A stretch of 64,000 nt of DNA from assembly GCA_019347805.1 (NCBI GenBank), contig JAHWKR010000001.1, forward strand, positions 88,881 through 152,880. The letters run 5' to 3'. Under the pieces are notes generated by a model that did not search any database, was not told where the DNA came from, and was given only the letters and a program-made list of their open reading frames with translations. Positions 1 to 10,410 of the stretch are shown one piece after another; position 1 is the stretch's first letter; each line of letters starts with the position of its first letter. A program made the position numbers and the translations under genes. The stretch comes from Methanobacteriota archaeon. GTDB taxonomy: Archaea > Thermoplasmatota > E2 > JACPAO01 > JAHWKR01.

Positions 1-63
1 CGGCATACTGAAACCGACGAACGCGAGGCCTACCAGGATCGCGATCAGTGCTTTTGTGTTCAT
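1..63 (-). CDS. N-terminal signal peptide of a third halolysin-like S8 protease paralog, 5' part only, truncated by the window start
   Basis: Minus-strand translation from ATG at 61-63 gives MNTKALIAILVGLAFVGFSMP, nearly identical to the N-termini of the two downstream paralogs; followed by the same conserved leader. Confidence 0.5.
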   Translation of the reverse strand, partial: MNTKALIAILVGLAFVGFSMP

Positions 64-137
64 GTTCGATACCTCCGTTCGATCACGCGACCTGCCTCGC
101 GGTAGGTGCCTTGAAAGACCTCCGGGACGGGCGCACG

Positions 138-199
138 ACCGTTGTCCACTTGGACGAACGGTTAGCTTCTCTGACATGGCATGGCATGTTTAAGCATGC
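138..199 (-). promoter_or_regulatory. Conserved 5' leader element: about 10-bp stem hairpin (138-162) plus CATG-flanked AT-rich core (184-199), upstream of S8 protease paralog
   Basis: Same element repeated at 2489-2545 and 4870-4917 upstream of the other two paralogs; GCATG-N6-CATGC palindrome surrounding TTTAAG (TATA-like on minus strand). Confidence 0.4.
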
Positions 200-635
200 C
201 GATGCTGCAACCGGTTTGTTGGAGGCTGTAAAGGTGCTCGGAGCCGCGGGGACGCAGGGCTCCGAAGGGGTCTGCGAAGGGGAGGTTCCCAGAAGGGAAG
301 GGGATCGCTCCTGATATGCTCGCGTTCGACCGTCGTTCTCGGTGCATGAAGTTGTGTAATCAAAACGATGGGATTAATATGACCACCCATCAAGTGGCGA
401 AGAACGGGGTCGTCGCGACCGACATCGACGGCGACGGCTGGCCGGACCTCTACGCCGCGAACGACTACGACGCCAACGCGCTCTACCTGAACCGGCGCGC
501 CGGCACGTTCCGGGAGGTCGCCTCCTGTCTCATCATGATCGTCATGGCGATGCGGCGCCGTGCGACCGGATCTTAGGGCCCGTAAAAAGCAAGAGGAAAA
601 AGAGGGGGAAGATAGGGGACGGCCGTCAGGCCGCT

Positions 636-2438
636 CTAGACCGTCTCGGTCTCACAGCTGCCGCTTCCGGCGTGGTCCTGGGTGCTGTCCCACGTCAGCG
701 TGTCGTGTGTGAGGGTGTCGACACAGCTGGTGTAGGTACCGCTGCCGATGTTCCTCCAGCGGAACTCGATGAAGCCGCTCGCATCGGTCGTGCCGGAGCC
801 GGTCGCGCAGGAGCCCCCTTCCTGACAGACGGTGACGCTGATCGACGCACCGGAGACACCGTTCTCGGCATCGTCGTACACCCAGAAGTCGATGTAGACG
901 CTCTTGCCTTTCATGTAGTGGTCGATGTCGTGGACGTGCATCGTGCTGCCGCCGCCGCCACCGCCGCTTCCGTCGGAGACGCTGACGGATTGGCTGCTGC
1001 TGTCGGTCGCACCGCCGTCATCGGTCACCGTGAGGGTCACCGTGTAGGTGCCGCCTGCTCCGTAGGTGTGGCTGACGGTCGCGCCGCTTCCGGTCGTGCC
1101 GTCGCCGAAGTCCCACGCGTAGGACGAGATGGTCCCGTCGGAGTCCGAGCTGCCGGAGCCGTCGAAGTTGCACGAAAGGTCGGTGCAGGTGTATGTGAAG
1201 CTCGCGGTCGGCGGGCTGTTGGTGCCGCCACCGCCTCCGCTGCCACCGACGAAGGCGCCGGTGTTGAGGCGGCCGCCGCCTTGGCGGTCCGCGGAGAGGC
1301 CGATGTCGTCGGCCGTGCTCGTCACGGCGCTCTCGATCGTGCTGAACGCGGCGTCGCCGTTGGCGGCGATGTAGAGACCGATGGCACCCGACACGTGCGG
1401 GGTCGCCATGCTGGTGCCCGACATCAGCTGATAACCGGTCGTCGTCCCGCCGTCCACCGAGAGCACGTCCGTCCCCGGCGCGATGACATCGACCTCGGGT
1501 CCTTCGCTGGACCGGGTGTCGAAGTTGTCGTTGGAGTCGGACATCGTCACGATGACGACCTTGTCGCCGTTCTCCGCCCAGGGGGAACTGACACAGTTCG
1601 TGCAGGAACCGCTGTTGCCGGCTGCGGCAACATGGATGACACCCTTGTTGTGGGCGTAGGCGATCGCGTCATCATAGGCCGTGCCGCTTCCGCCGCCCCA
1701 GCTGTTGCTGGAGATGTGGGCACCGACGTCGCCCATGTCAGCCAGTGCCTGGGCGATCGCGGAGGTCCCGGCGGAGCCACAGCCGAAGATCCCGGAGTCG
1801 AAGATCTTGTGCATGATGATGCTCGACTGGCTCATGCCGGCGACACCGACGCCATTGTCGGTGGTGGCGGCGGCCGTGCCGGCGGTGTGGGAACCGTGGT
1901 AGCTGCAACCGCTGTGGTCCTCGAGCGAGCTGTCGCCGTTCGAGTAGTCCCAGCCGCTTACGCGCGAGTTCACGAAATCCTCGTGGTCGGTGGTGATCCC
2001 GGAGTCGAGAAGACCGAGTTTGACCGAGGTGGAGCCGAGGGTGACGTCCCAGGCGGCCTCCGTGTTCGTAATCTGCGGCCCGTACATGTCGGCGTAGCGG
2101 GCGTCGTTGGGCACATAGTTGAGGTGCTGGTCGAACCGCTCTTCCTCGATGTAGCGCACGCGGTCGTCGAGCGTACCGCGCGTTTGGAGCATCGTCGGGT
2201 TGTTCGTCTCGACGACGAAGAAGTTCAGGGACTCACTCACCTTGGATACGGGTTCGCCGCCGTATTGCGAGCGGTCGTCCGGGAGTTCGTAGAAGCCGAC
2301 GATGTACGGCTGTTTCTCTGTCTGCGGATCCGTGGGGTCTACGGCTCCCGTCGGCATGCTGAAGCCGACGAACGCGAGGCAGACCAGGATCGCGAGTATT
2401 GCCTTGTTGTTCATGTTCGATACCTCCGTTCCGGTCAT
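636..2438 (-). CDS. Secreted subtilisin-like serine protease (S8, halolysin-like) with PKD domain and C-terminal beta-sandwich domain
   Basis: Signal peptide [17 protein letters not shown]; catalytic motifs [11 protein letters not shown] and [12 protein letters not shown]; PKD-like FTYTC...YAWDFGDG segment; SD ggaggt upstream. Confidence 0.85.
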   Translation of the reverse strand: MTGTEVSNMNNKAILAILVCLAFVGFSMPTGAVDPTDPQTEKQPYIVGFYELPDDRSQYGGEPVSKVSESLNFFVVETNNPTMLQTRGTLDDRVRYIEEERFDQHLNYVPNDARYADMYGPQITNTEAAWDVTLGSTSVKLGLLDSGITTDHEDFVNSRVSGWDYSNGDSSLEDHSGCSYHGSHTAGTAAATTDNGVGVAGMSQSSIIMHKIFDSGIFGCGSAGTSAIAQALADMGDVGAHISSNSWGGGSGTAYDDAIAYAHNKGVIHVAAAGNSGSCTNCVSSPWAENGDKVVIVTMSDSNDNFDTRSSEGPEVDVIAPGTDVLSVDGGTTTGYQLMSGTSMATPHVSGAIGLYIAANGDAAFSTIESAVTSTADDIGLSADRQGGGRLNTGAFVGGSGGGGGTNSPPTASFTYTCTDLSCNFDGSGSSDSDGTISSYAWDFGDGTTGSGATVSHTYGAGGTYTVTLTVTDDGGATDSSSQSVSVSDGSGGGGGGSTMHVHDIDHYMKGKSVYIDFWVYDDAENGVSGASISVTVCQEGGSCATGSGTTDASGFIEFRWRNIGSGTYTSCVDTLTHDTLTWDSTQDHAGSGSCETETV

Positions 2439-2488
2439 CCGACCTTCCTCACGGTAGGGCCTGAAGAGACCTCCGTGGGAGACGCACG

Positions 2489-2545
2489 ACCGTTGTCCGT
2501 CAGGATGAACGGTTACCGCTGGCGACGCGCCATGTCATGTATAGG
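2489..2545 (-). promoter_or_regulatory. Conserved leader hairpin plus TATA-like element upstream of S8 protease 636-2438
   Basis: gaccgttgtcc...ggatgaacggt stem conserved with 138-162 and 4870-4894; ctatacatga on minus strand about 105 nt upstream of ATG. Confidence 0.4.
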
Positions 2546-2827
2546 CATACCGAGGCTGCAACCGTTCGGTTGCAGGCTGGCGAGGCGGCCCACAGTGGAT
2601 GGGCGCAGGCTCCCGAGGGGCGGGACGAAAAGGGAATCCCCTGGAGTAGGGGGGCCGTCGTCTTGGGGCGCGGTCGGTGCTCCGTCTCCTCGCGCACATG
2701 GTCATCTGTGTGCAATATGGTGTAATGAAACCGAATCAGTTATTGGCGACCACCCACGGAGTGGAAAAGAACAGGACTTGGGGTGGAAAAGGAAAGAGAA
2801 GGGAAAAAGCGGGTCGGGTCCGTGGAT

Positions 2828-4783
2828 CTAGGACCCCGTCACGACTATGTTGTCGACATACCAGCCGGCGAAGTCGTTGCTGAGGCCGTCGACGGAGTCG
2901 AAGTGGTAACGAACCTTGAGGTTCGCTGTGCCGAACGAGGACACGTCGATGGACTCATGGAGCCATCCCGCAGGGTTGTCGTCGCGGGCGTCCTTGTAGA
3001 GCACCGTGCTCCAGGAAGCGCCGCCGTCGGACGAGACCTGGACGCTCATCTTGTCGTAGGCGCCGTTGTAGGACTCGGTCTGCCAGTAGTGGTCGAACTC
3101 GAGGGTCACGGTGCCGAAGGCGCTCGCGTCGACGGTCGGGGTCGCGGCCCAGCCGACGGCGGTCCCGACATCGTAGTCACAATTCGGTGCGGCACGGCTG
3201 AAGGCGATCTGGTAGATGCCACCCGCGGGTGTCACGCAGTCGGACGAGAGCCGCCAAAGGTCGTTGCTGCCGCTGCTCTTGGTGTAGCCGTTCGCCGCGC
3301 CGTCCTCGAAGTCCTCCGAGTGGAGGGACGAGCTGGTACCGCTGGAGACGGTCACGCTCTTGCTGTCGCTGTCGGTCGCACCGCCGTCGTCGGTCACCGT
3401 GAGCGTCACGGTGTAGGTGCCGCCCGCGGCGTAGGTGTGGCTGACGGTCGCGCCGCTTCCGGTCGTGCCGTCGCCGAAGTCCCACGCGTAGGACGAGATG
3501 GTGCCGTCGGTGTCGGTGCTGCCGGAGCCGTCGAAGCTGCACGCAAGGTCGTTGCAACCTGCCGTGAAGCTCGCGGTCGGGGGACTGTTGGTGCCGCCAC
3601 CGCCGCCACCGCCGCCGACGAAGTTGCCCGTGTTCAGGCGACCGGCGCCCTGGCGGTCCGCGGAGAGGCCGATGTCGTCGGCGCTGCTCTTGAGGGCACC
3701 TTCGATGGTGCTGAACGAGGCGTCACCGTTCGCGGCGACATAGAGACCGACCGCACCGGCGACATGCGGGGTCGCCATACTCGTGCCGGAGAGCTGTTTG
3801 TAGCCGGTGGTGGTCCCGCCGTCGACCGACAGGATGTTGCTGCCGGGCGCGATGATGTCCGCCTCCGGCCCTTGGCTGGAGAAGCTGCTGAAGCTGTCTG
3901 TGGAGGTGGACGAGGTCACGATGACCACCTTGTTGGCGTTCTCCTTCCAGGGCGAGCTGATGCAATTCGTGCAGGAGCCGTCGTTCCCGGCGGCGGCGAC
4001 ATGGATGACGCCCTTGTTGTGGGCGTAGGTGATGCCGTCGCTGAGCGCGGTGGACGAGCCCCCGCCCCACGAGTTGGAACTGATATGGGCGCCCTTGTCC
4101 CCCATGTCGGCGAGGGCGTCGGCGATGGCGCTCGTCGTGGCGCCGCCGCAGCCGAAGATGCCGCTGTGGAAGATCTTGTGCATGATGATGCTCGACTGGC
4201 TCATACCGGCCACACCGACACCGTTGTCGGTCGTGGCGGCGGCCGTACCGGCGGTGTGGGTGCCATGGTAGCTGCAGCCGCTGTGGTCCTCGATGGAACT
4301 GTCGCCGTTCTTGTAGTCCCAGCCGCTCACGCGCGAGTTGACGAAGTCCTCGTGCGCGATCGTGATGCCGGAGTCGAGAAGACCGAGCTTGACCGAGGTG
4401 GAGCCGAGGGTGACGTCCCAGGCCGCTTCGGTGTTGGTGATCTGGGGTCCGTACATGTCGCCGTAGCGGGCGTCGCTGGGGACGTAGTTGAGGTGCCAGT
4501 CGGTGTGGTCCTTCTCGATGTAGCGCACGCGCTCGTCGAGGGTGCCCCGGATCTCGAGAAGGGTCGGGTTCTTGGTCTCGACGACGAAGAAGCTGAGCCG
4601 CTCGTTCACGCTTTTCACCGGGTCGCCGCCATATTGTCGCCGGTCTTCGGGGAGTTCGTAGAAGCCGACGATGTACGGCTGTTTCTCTGTCAACGGATCC
4701 AGGGGATCGGCCGCGCCTGTCGGGATGGTGACGCCGACGAATGCGAGGCAGACCAGGATCGCGATCATTGCCTTGTGGTTCAT
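2828..4783 (-). CDS. Secreted subtilisin-like serine protease (S8) paralog with PKD domain and a different C-terminal domain
   Basis: About 75 percent identical N-terminal and catalytic region to 636-2438 ([23 protein letters not shown]); C-terminal about 200 aa unrelated to the paralog. Confidence 0.85.
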   Translation of the reverse strand: MNHKAMIAILVCLAFVGVTIPTGAADPLDPLTEKQPYIVGFYELPEDRRQYGGDPVKSVNERLSFFVVETKNPTLLEIRGTLDERVRYIEKDHTDWHLNYVPSDARYGDMYGPQITNTEAAWDVTLGSTSVKLGLLDSGITIAHEDFVNSRVSGWDYKNGDSSIEDHSGCSYHGTHTAGTAAATTDNGVGVAGMSQSSIIMHKIFHSGIFGCGGATTSAIADALADMGDKGAHISSNSWGGGSSTALSDGITYAHNKGVIHVAAAGNDGSCTNCISSPWKENANKVVIVTSSTSTDSFSSFSSQGPEADIIAPGSNILSVDGGTTTGYKQLSGTSMATPHVAGAVGLYVAANGDASFSTIEGALKSSADDIGLSADRQGAGRLNTGNFVGGGGGGGGTNSPPTASFTAGCNDLACSFDGSGSTDTDGTISSYAWDFGDGTTGSGATVSHTYAAGGTYTVTLTVTDDGGATDSDSKSVTVSSGTSSSLHSEDFEDGAANGYTKSSGSNDLWRLSSDCVTPAGGIYQIAFSRAAPNCDYDVGTAVGWAATPTVDASAFGTVTLEFDHYWQTESYNGAYDKMSVQVSSDGGASWSTVLYKDARDDNPAGWLHESIDVSSFGTANLKVRYHFDSVDGLSNDFAGWYVDNIVVTGS

Positions 4784-4869
4784 GTTCTATACCTCCGTTC
4801 TGGCCGCTTGACCTTCCTCACGGTGGGGCTTTGGAGGACCCTCCGTGGGCAGACGCACGACCGTTGTCC

Positions 4870-4917
4870 AGATGGACGAACGGTTAGACCCGGCGCAAGA
4901 GCATGCCATGTTTAGCC
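4870..4917 (-). promoter_or_regulatory. Conserved leader hairpin plus CATG palindrome/TATA-like element upstream of S8 protease 2828-4783
   Basis: gaccgttgtccagatggacgaacggt hairpin; gcatgccatgtttagccatgcc. Confidence 0.4.
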
Positions 4918-5424
4918 ATGCCGGGGTGGCAGTCGGACGGGTGCATCGGCGGAATATGGCAACCCTTGACCACCCCGGTAGGCGATCTTTGGAGTGGTCG
5001 GCACGTGCCCGGTGCCTCTTGTAGTGGGGAGGGGCGGGCCGTGGCCGTGTCGACACACCGACCAGCGCCATGCGCTATGTGAACAATCTGCACAGACTTG
5101 GCGGTAGGGGGACAGCCACCTCCAGGAGTGGGGGTGGGCGTGGGCGGCCGCCGACGCGGGCTCGGGAGAGGGCCGTCGAGGTGCGCGTGGGGCGTGGTCG
5201 ACCGCCCCTCCGAGACCGAGGGAAAGCCGTGGCGCCCGCACCTCGTCTTCGACCCATCTTGCGGACCTGTATCACGAAGAGTGGAACCTGAAAAACAGAA
5301 GGGAACCGGCCGTTGCGGTGGGTAACGTATATATGCGGGCGTGGCAAACGCTTAGATAGCGCCTGCCGGGTCCCCGCGCTGTCCGACGGGGGACGTTTCC
5401 ACCGGCGGGCGAGCAGGTCGTAGC

Positions 5425-6381
5425 ATGGATTGGGAAGCGCTCAAGCTCGAGGTCCGCCAGCTCCTTGACGAGAAGGATGCGGTCCTCATGGTGCACAACT
5501 ATCAACGCCCCGAGATCCAAGACGTCGCCGACGAGCTCGGTGACTCCCTTGCGCTCTGCCAGAAGGCCCAACAGGTCGACCGCGACCGCATCGTGTTCTG
5601 TGGCGTCGACTTCATGGCCGAGGCGGCCAAGATCCTCAATCCCTCCAAGGTGGTGCACCACCCCGACCTCGACTCGGTCTGTCCCATGGCGCACATGGTC
5701 GACACCGAGGGCCTCAAGATGCTGCAGGAGCAGAAGCCTGACGCGGTCACCGTCTCCTACATCAACACCTCCTCGGAAGTGAAAGCCCTCACCGACATCT
5801 GCTGCACGAGCGCCAACGCCGTCGATGTCGTCCGTGCGACCGGCGCCTCGGAGATCATCTTCACACCCGACACCAATCTCGGCATGTGGATCAAGCGGAA
5901 GCTCCCCGAGGTCGAGATGCATTTCTGGCCGGGCTATTGTCCGACCCATATGCTCATCACGGTGCCCATCCTGAAACAGATGCGCGCCGAGCACCCCGAG
6001 GCGGAGATCCTCGCCCACCCCGAATGCACCCCCGATGTCATCGACTTCAGCGACGGTTGCTTCTCGACCGAGGGCATGATCAAGTACGCGGCGCGCAGCC
6101 CCGCCAAGGAGTTCATCGTCGCGAGCGAACGCGACATGGCCTACCGGTTGCACCTCGCGCACCCCGAGAAGACCTTCCACCCGGTCTCCATCGCGGTCTG
6201 CCCCAACATGAAGAAGATCACGCTCCAGAAGGTGCGCGATTCGCTCAAGCACGACAAGGGCATCGTCGAGCTCGACGAGGACCTCATGGACGCCGCCCGC
6301 CGCCCGCTCGAGAAGATGGTCGCGATCGGCCGCTCCTCGTTCGACTCCGGGCCGCAAGAGATCGCCGCCCAGGTCGCCTGA
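5425..6381 (+). CDS. nadA: Quinolinate synthase
   Basis: 318 aa; N-terminus MDWEALKLEVRQLLDEKDAVLMVHNYQRPEIQDVAD and three-repeat architecture typical of NadA. Confidence 0.85.
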   Translation: MDWEALKLEVRQLLDEKDAVLMVHNYQRPEIQDVADELGDSLALCQKAQQVDRDRIVFCGVDFMAEAAKILNPSKVVHHPDLDSVCPMAHMVDTEGLKMLQEQKPDAVTVSYINTSSEVKALTDICCTSANAVDVVRATGASEIIFTPDTNLGMWIKRKLPEVEMHFWPGYCPTHMLITVPILKQMRAEHPEAEILAHPECTPDVIDFSDGCFSTEGMIKYAARSPAKEFIVASERDMAYRLHLAHPEKTFHPVSIAVCPNMKKITLQKVRDSLKHDKGIVELDEDLMDAARRPLEKMVAIGRSSFDSGPQEIAAQVA

Positions 6382-6437
6382 GGGTCACCTCGGAGACCCA
6401 AATCTTCATCCGGCCGGACGGGGTCTTGGAGCATGGA

Positions 6438-6869
6438 ATGTCCGACGTGTCGGTCGCCCGGACGGAACACGGCTACCAGGTCGCCCCCGAGACCCAGGTC
6501 CCGGCCGGCATCCGTCTGCGCGACAAGGCGCGCGTCCTCCTCGGCCACGATGTCACCGTCGACGGTGGCGTCTTCCTCGCCGGCACGCTCCACACGCAGC
6601 CCCGCGTCAAGATCGGCGGCCCCGTCCGCTGCTTCGGAGATGTGCTCATCGGCCCCGGTTCCGAGGTCCATGGCGGCATCGAATCCGGCGGCGCCGTCCG
6701 GATCCTCCCCGACGCCAAGGTCTACGGCCACATCACCGCCGTGACCGATGTCCACCTGCACGACGGCTGCAAGGTCGCCGGAGCGGTCGTCACCACAGGC
6801 GACATCGTGGTCCACGGGGAGGCGGAGACCGGAGATCTCAGGCCCGAGGGGCGGGTAAGGAGCGAATAG
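6438..6869 (+). CDS. Bactofilin-like (DUF583) beta-helical polymer-forming protein
   Basis: Repetitive beta-helix pattern VLLGHDVTVDGGVFLAGTL...VKIGGPVRCFGDVLIGPGSEVHGGIESGGAVRI...; ATG at 6438 in frame with ORF 5886-6869; upstream part of that ORF overlaps nadA and is not coding. Confidence 0.55.
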   Translation: MSDVSVARTEHGYQVAPETQVPAGIRLRDKARVLLGHDVTVDGGVFLAGTLHTQPRVKIGGPVRCFGDVLIGPGSEVHGGIESGGAVRILPDAKVYGHITAVTDVHLHDGCKVAGAVVTTGDIVVHGEAETGDLRPEGRVRSE

Positions 6870-6909
6870 GTCGAAGGATCGACCGGAAAACCTAACCCGT
6901 CGCCATGGT

Positions 6910-8325
6910 ATGACGCCCCGGTCGCCTATGCTCCGTGGTCCCGTCTTCGCGATGTTCGTCCTTCTCGCCCTCTTCGCCTCGGGCCTCGTCGGCGCACCGG
7001 ACGCTTCCGGCCATGGCGGGGGCTTCTCCATCCCGACGCCCCATGAAGGGATGCGCATCGCGATGGACGGGGAGAACATGACCTTCCAGGCTCCCCAGTC
7101 TCGCTGGGTCGGCCACATGGAGCGACGCGAGACCGTCCTCCTGGATGTCGATGGGAAAGGCGCGTTCGGATATCTTTTCGACATGGAGACGAACCGTCAC
7201 ATCGCGCACGGTCATGCCTCGGCCTGGTCGGACGCCAGCGAGCCACCCCTTCCGTTCATCGGGGACCTGGGTCTCTGGGACGCGGAGTTCTCCTATGAAG
7301 GACACCGCGTCCTGGGGATCCATTCCGTCAAGTCCTCCGTTCCCGAGTGGACGCTGTGGGCGAGATGGCTCCGCGCGGGGATGGACCAGACGATCCCGAT
7401 GGACCCGATCCTCGAGGTCCCCCGCTCGGTCCGCCTCACGACCGCCGACACGTTGCGTGACGGCGGGCTCGATGTCGTCGTGCGCGACGAGATCGTCCTG
7501 CCCAACGGTGTCATGAGGATCGACTGGTCGTTCTGGGTCGACGGTACGTCGCCCTTCGGGGAGGAGCGCATGCGTGCCTATTCGTTCCATTTCACGAACG
7601 GGACCGTCGCCGGGCCCTTCTCCGACCCCGTGCCGATCCAGGTCTTGGACACAGGCGGACGTCCCTTGGTGTTCGGAGCGCAGGTCGATCTGCGTTTCAC
7701 CGCCGACCGCGACCGATCCTATACGTATGGTACGATGGGACTCGTCCCGTTCGACCCGGAACCGCATGCCGTCTACGACATCGGTGAGGCGGCGGTCCTC
7801 GCGTTGGCGCTGGATGACGAGGATGTGCGCGTCTTCCTGTCGCAGTCGGAGGATCCGGTCCTCGCCCGCGCGTCCGCCTATGCCGCCACGACGCTCCCGC
7901 TCGACGGACGGTCACAAGGTGTCGTGCATCGCGTCACGTGGGGGCTGGACTTCCGCGACGCGTCGGGCGCCGCGCTCGAGGTGGAGGTGAAGGGCGTGAA
8001 GGTCGCCGGCGCGCCCCTCGTGGTCTATGGCACCACGACCGAACGGGAGCTTGCGAACGGGACGTCGGCCCTCCGTGCCCGCGAGGGCCTGGAGACAGCG
8101 GCGTTCGGCGACGCACTGCGCCGGGTCGAGACGGCGTTCGCCGGCACGGGTGACGATGTCTACTTCGTCCGATGGTCGCTTCACATGGCCGATGTGGGAC
8201 GGTTGCCGCTTCTCGAGGTGCGGACGCTTTCCCACGACGCTCCGCTCCAGCCGGGCGCCGCTTCTTCCTGGGTCGGTCTCGACCTCGGCCGAGGTGTGGT
8301 CTGGGAAGCGGGCCGATATGGATGA
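6910..8325 (+). CDS. Secreted hypothetical protein
   Basis: N-terminal signal peptide PVFAMFVLLALFASGLVGAPDASG; no recognised catalytic motif. Confidence 0.6.
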   Translation: MTPRSPMLRGPVFAMFVLLALFASGLVGAPDASGHGGGFSIPTPHEGMRIAMDGENMTFQAPQSRWVGHMERRETVLLDVDGKGAFGYLFDMETNRHIAHGHASAWSDASEPPLPFIGDLGLWDAEFSYEGHRVLGIHSVKSSVPEWTLWARWLRAGMDQTIPMDPILEVPRSVRLTTADTLRDGGLDVVVRDEIVLPNGVMRIDWSFWVDGTSPFGEERMRAYSFHFTNGTVAGPFSDPVPIQVLDTGGRPLVFGAQVDLRFTADRDRSYTYGTMGLVPFDPEPHAVYDIGEAAVLALALDDEDVRVFLSQSEDPVLARASAYAATTLPLDGRSQGVVHRVTWGLDFRDASGAALEVEVKGVKVAGAPLVVYGTTTERELANGTSALRAREGLETAAFGDALRRVETAFAGTGDDVYFVRWSLHMADVGRLPLLEVRTLSHDAPLQPGAASSWVGLDLGRGVVWEAGRYG

Positions 8326-8373
8326 GCCGGTCCGGCCAAACCTTGATGAACGCCGCCCGGTCTCGCCCGCCCC

Positions 8374-10410
8374 GTGCCCATCTCCCTGGAGCTCAAGGAC
8401 CGTGCCGCGGCGGGCCGCATCTGTCGCCTCGAGACCCCCCACGGCACTGTCACCACGCCGACGCTCCTGCCGGTGTTGAACCCGAACATCCAGCTCATCT
8501 CGGCGAAGGAGATGCGGCGGCTTTTCGGCGCCGAGATGGTCATCACGAATTCCTACGTCATCCGCAAGCATGACGACCTGAGGACGCACGCGCTCGAAAA
8601 GGGTGTCCACTCGCTCATCGATTGGGACGGCCCGGTGATGACCGATTCTGGGACGTTCCAGCAATACGTCTATGGCGACGTCGAGGTCGCCCCCGATGAG
8701 ATCGTCCGTTTCCAGCGCGACATCGGTGTCGACGTCGGCACCATCCTGGATGTCTTCAGCACGCCGGAGCGATCCTATGAGGAGGCACGGGAGGACCTCG
8801 AAGAGACGGTGCGACGCGCAGAACTCTCGGTCGCCGAGAAGGGCGACATGGCGCTCGCCACCACCGTCCAAGGCGGGGTCTATCCCATTCTCAGGGAAGA
8901 GGCGGCGCGCGCCGTCACCCCGTTCGGTGACCTCTTCCCGATCGGTGGGGTCGTGCCGCTCATGGAGCGTCAGCGCTACGCCGACCTCGTGCGCGTCATC
9001 GTCGGTGCCAAGGAAGGGCTCCCCGCAGGGAAACCGGTGCACTTGTTCGGCTGTGGCCATCCCATGGTCTTCCCGCTCGCCGCCGCACTCGGTTGCGACC
9101 TTTTCGACAGCAGCGCCTACGCCAAGTACGCCCGTGACGGCCGCATGATCTTCGCCGACGGCACGCGGATGCTCGCCGAGATGGAGGAATCGGAATGCCT
9201 CTGTCCGGTCTGCCAGACGACGCCGATGGCGGAGCTCAAGCGCCTCGCCGAGCCGCAGCGCATGCGTCTGCTTGCCGAGCACAACCTGCATGTCAGTTTC
9301 GCCGAGTTGCGCCGCGTCCGGCAATCGATCCGCGAGGGCACGCTCTGGGAACTGGTCGAGCAGCGCGCGACCGCCCATCCGTCGCTCCAGGACGCCATGA
9401 AGGTGCTGCAGGAGGAACCGATGAAGCAGTGGCTCGAGCGCCATGAGCCCATCTCGGGCTCGCGCGCCTATCGCTGGACCGGTCCCCATTCGGCGCACCG
9501 GCCGCTCCTGCATCGCCTGCACCGGAGGCTGCAGACGCGTTACCAGCCGCCGCCGGACGTCGAGACCACCGTGGTCCTCACCGAGGGCCGCCGGCCGTTC
9601 AGCGCGGGGCACCGTGAGCGCATCAAAGACCATCTGTCGCGTCGTGCGGCCCATTTCATCGTCGATTCCTATCTCGGTCCGGTCCCCATCGAGTTGGACC
9701 ATGTCTATCCGTTCGCGCAGAGCATCGTCCCGGACGTCCTCGACCCGGGGTCGCTCACGACCGCGCGTTCCGTCCTGTCGCTCTTCCTTGACGAGGTGGT
9801 GCGCACCCAGGTGCTCGCCGATGGCGACGAGTTGGAGGATTGGACCTTCCACACGGCGGAGGACCTCTATGCCGACCCTGGCCTGGTGCTCCAGCACGAC
9901 AAGAAGGAAGGGCCGGGGATCGAGGCGTGGGACCTGGATCGGTTGCGCATGCGCGCGACCGCCGACCTGCAGTTCGGGCGCGGTGCCGCCAAGGTCCTCC
10001 TCGGGCCGTGGGAAGGGATGGAGGCGCGCGTCAGGTTCCACCGCTCGAAGCGGCTCGACAAGGTCCGCAACGTCCAGGTCGAGGGTGACCATGTCCTTTC
10101 GTTGCGTGCCGCGGACGGCTGGTTCAGCCTCACAGCGGACGGCGCGCGCCGCCTCCATGCCGGGTTCCAGACGCCGAAGCTGCGGGTCGTCGTCCAGGCG
10201 GAGAGCGCGACGTTCAACGCCGAGGGCAAGAACGTCATGGCGCCGTTCGTCATGGACATGGACCCGGAGCTCAGACCAGGCGACGATTGTCTCGTCGTCG
10301 ACCCGGACGACCGCTTGGTCGCCCATGGCCGGGTCATCCTTGCGCCGCACGAGGTCGGTGGCTTCCAGCGTGGCCTCGCCGTGCGCGTCCGTGAAGGTCT
10401 TGGGACCTAG
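8374..10410 (+). CDS. tgtA: Archaeosine tRNA-guanine transglycosylase with C-terminal PUA domain
   Basis: 678 aa; GTG start; N-terminus PISLELKDRAAAGRICRLETPHGTVTTPTLLPVLNPN typical of TGT; zinc site CLCPVC; long C-terminal extension characteristic of archaeal TgtA. Confidence 0.85.
   Translation: MPISLELKDRAAAGRICRLETPHGTVTTPTLLPVLNPNIQLISAKEMRRLFGAEMVITNSYVIRKHDDLRTHALEKGVHSLIDWDGPVMTDSGTFQQYVYGDVEVAPDEIVRFQRDIGVDVGTILDVFSTPERSYEEAREDLEETVRRAELSVAEKGDMALATTVQGGVYPILREEAARAVTPFGDLFPIGGVVPLMERQRYADLVRVIVGAKEGLPAGKPVHLFGCGHPMVFPLAAALGCDLFDSSAYAKYARDGRMIFADGTRMLAEMEESECLCPVCQTTPMAELKRLAEPQRMRLLAEHNLHVSFAELRRVRQSIREGTLWELVEQRATAHPSLQDAMKVLQEEPMKQWLERHEPISGSRAYRWTGPHSAHRPLLHRLHRRLQTRYQPPPDVETTVVLTEGRRPFSAGHRERIKDHLSRRAAHFIVDSYLGPVPIELDHVYPFAQSIVPDVLDPGSLTTARSVLSLFLDEVVRTQVLADGDELEDWTFHTAEDLYADPGLVLQHDKKEGPGIEAWDLDRLRMRATADLQFGRGAAKVLLGPWEGMEARVRFHRSKRLDKVRNVQVEGDHVLSLRAADGWFSLTADGARRLHAGFQTPKLRVVVQAESATFNAEGKNVMAPFVMDMDPELRPGDDCLVVDPDDRLVAHGRVILAPHEVGGFQRGLAVRVREGLGT

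Noticed and set aside
672-4915. Long plus-strand ORFs 672-2831 and 2783-4915 (719 and 710 aa)
   Set aside because: Exactly antisense to the two S8 protease genes; Arg/Gly/Ala/Val-rich low-complexity translations typical of shadow ORFs in high-GC DNA; no start or SD context.
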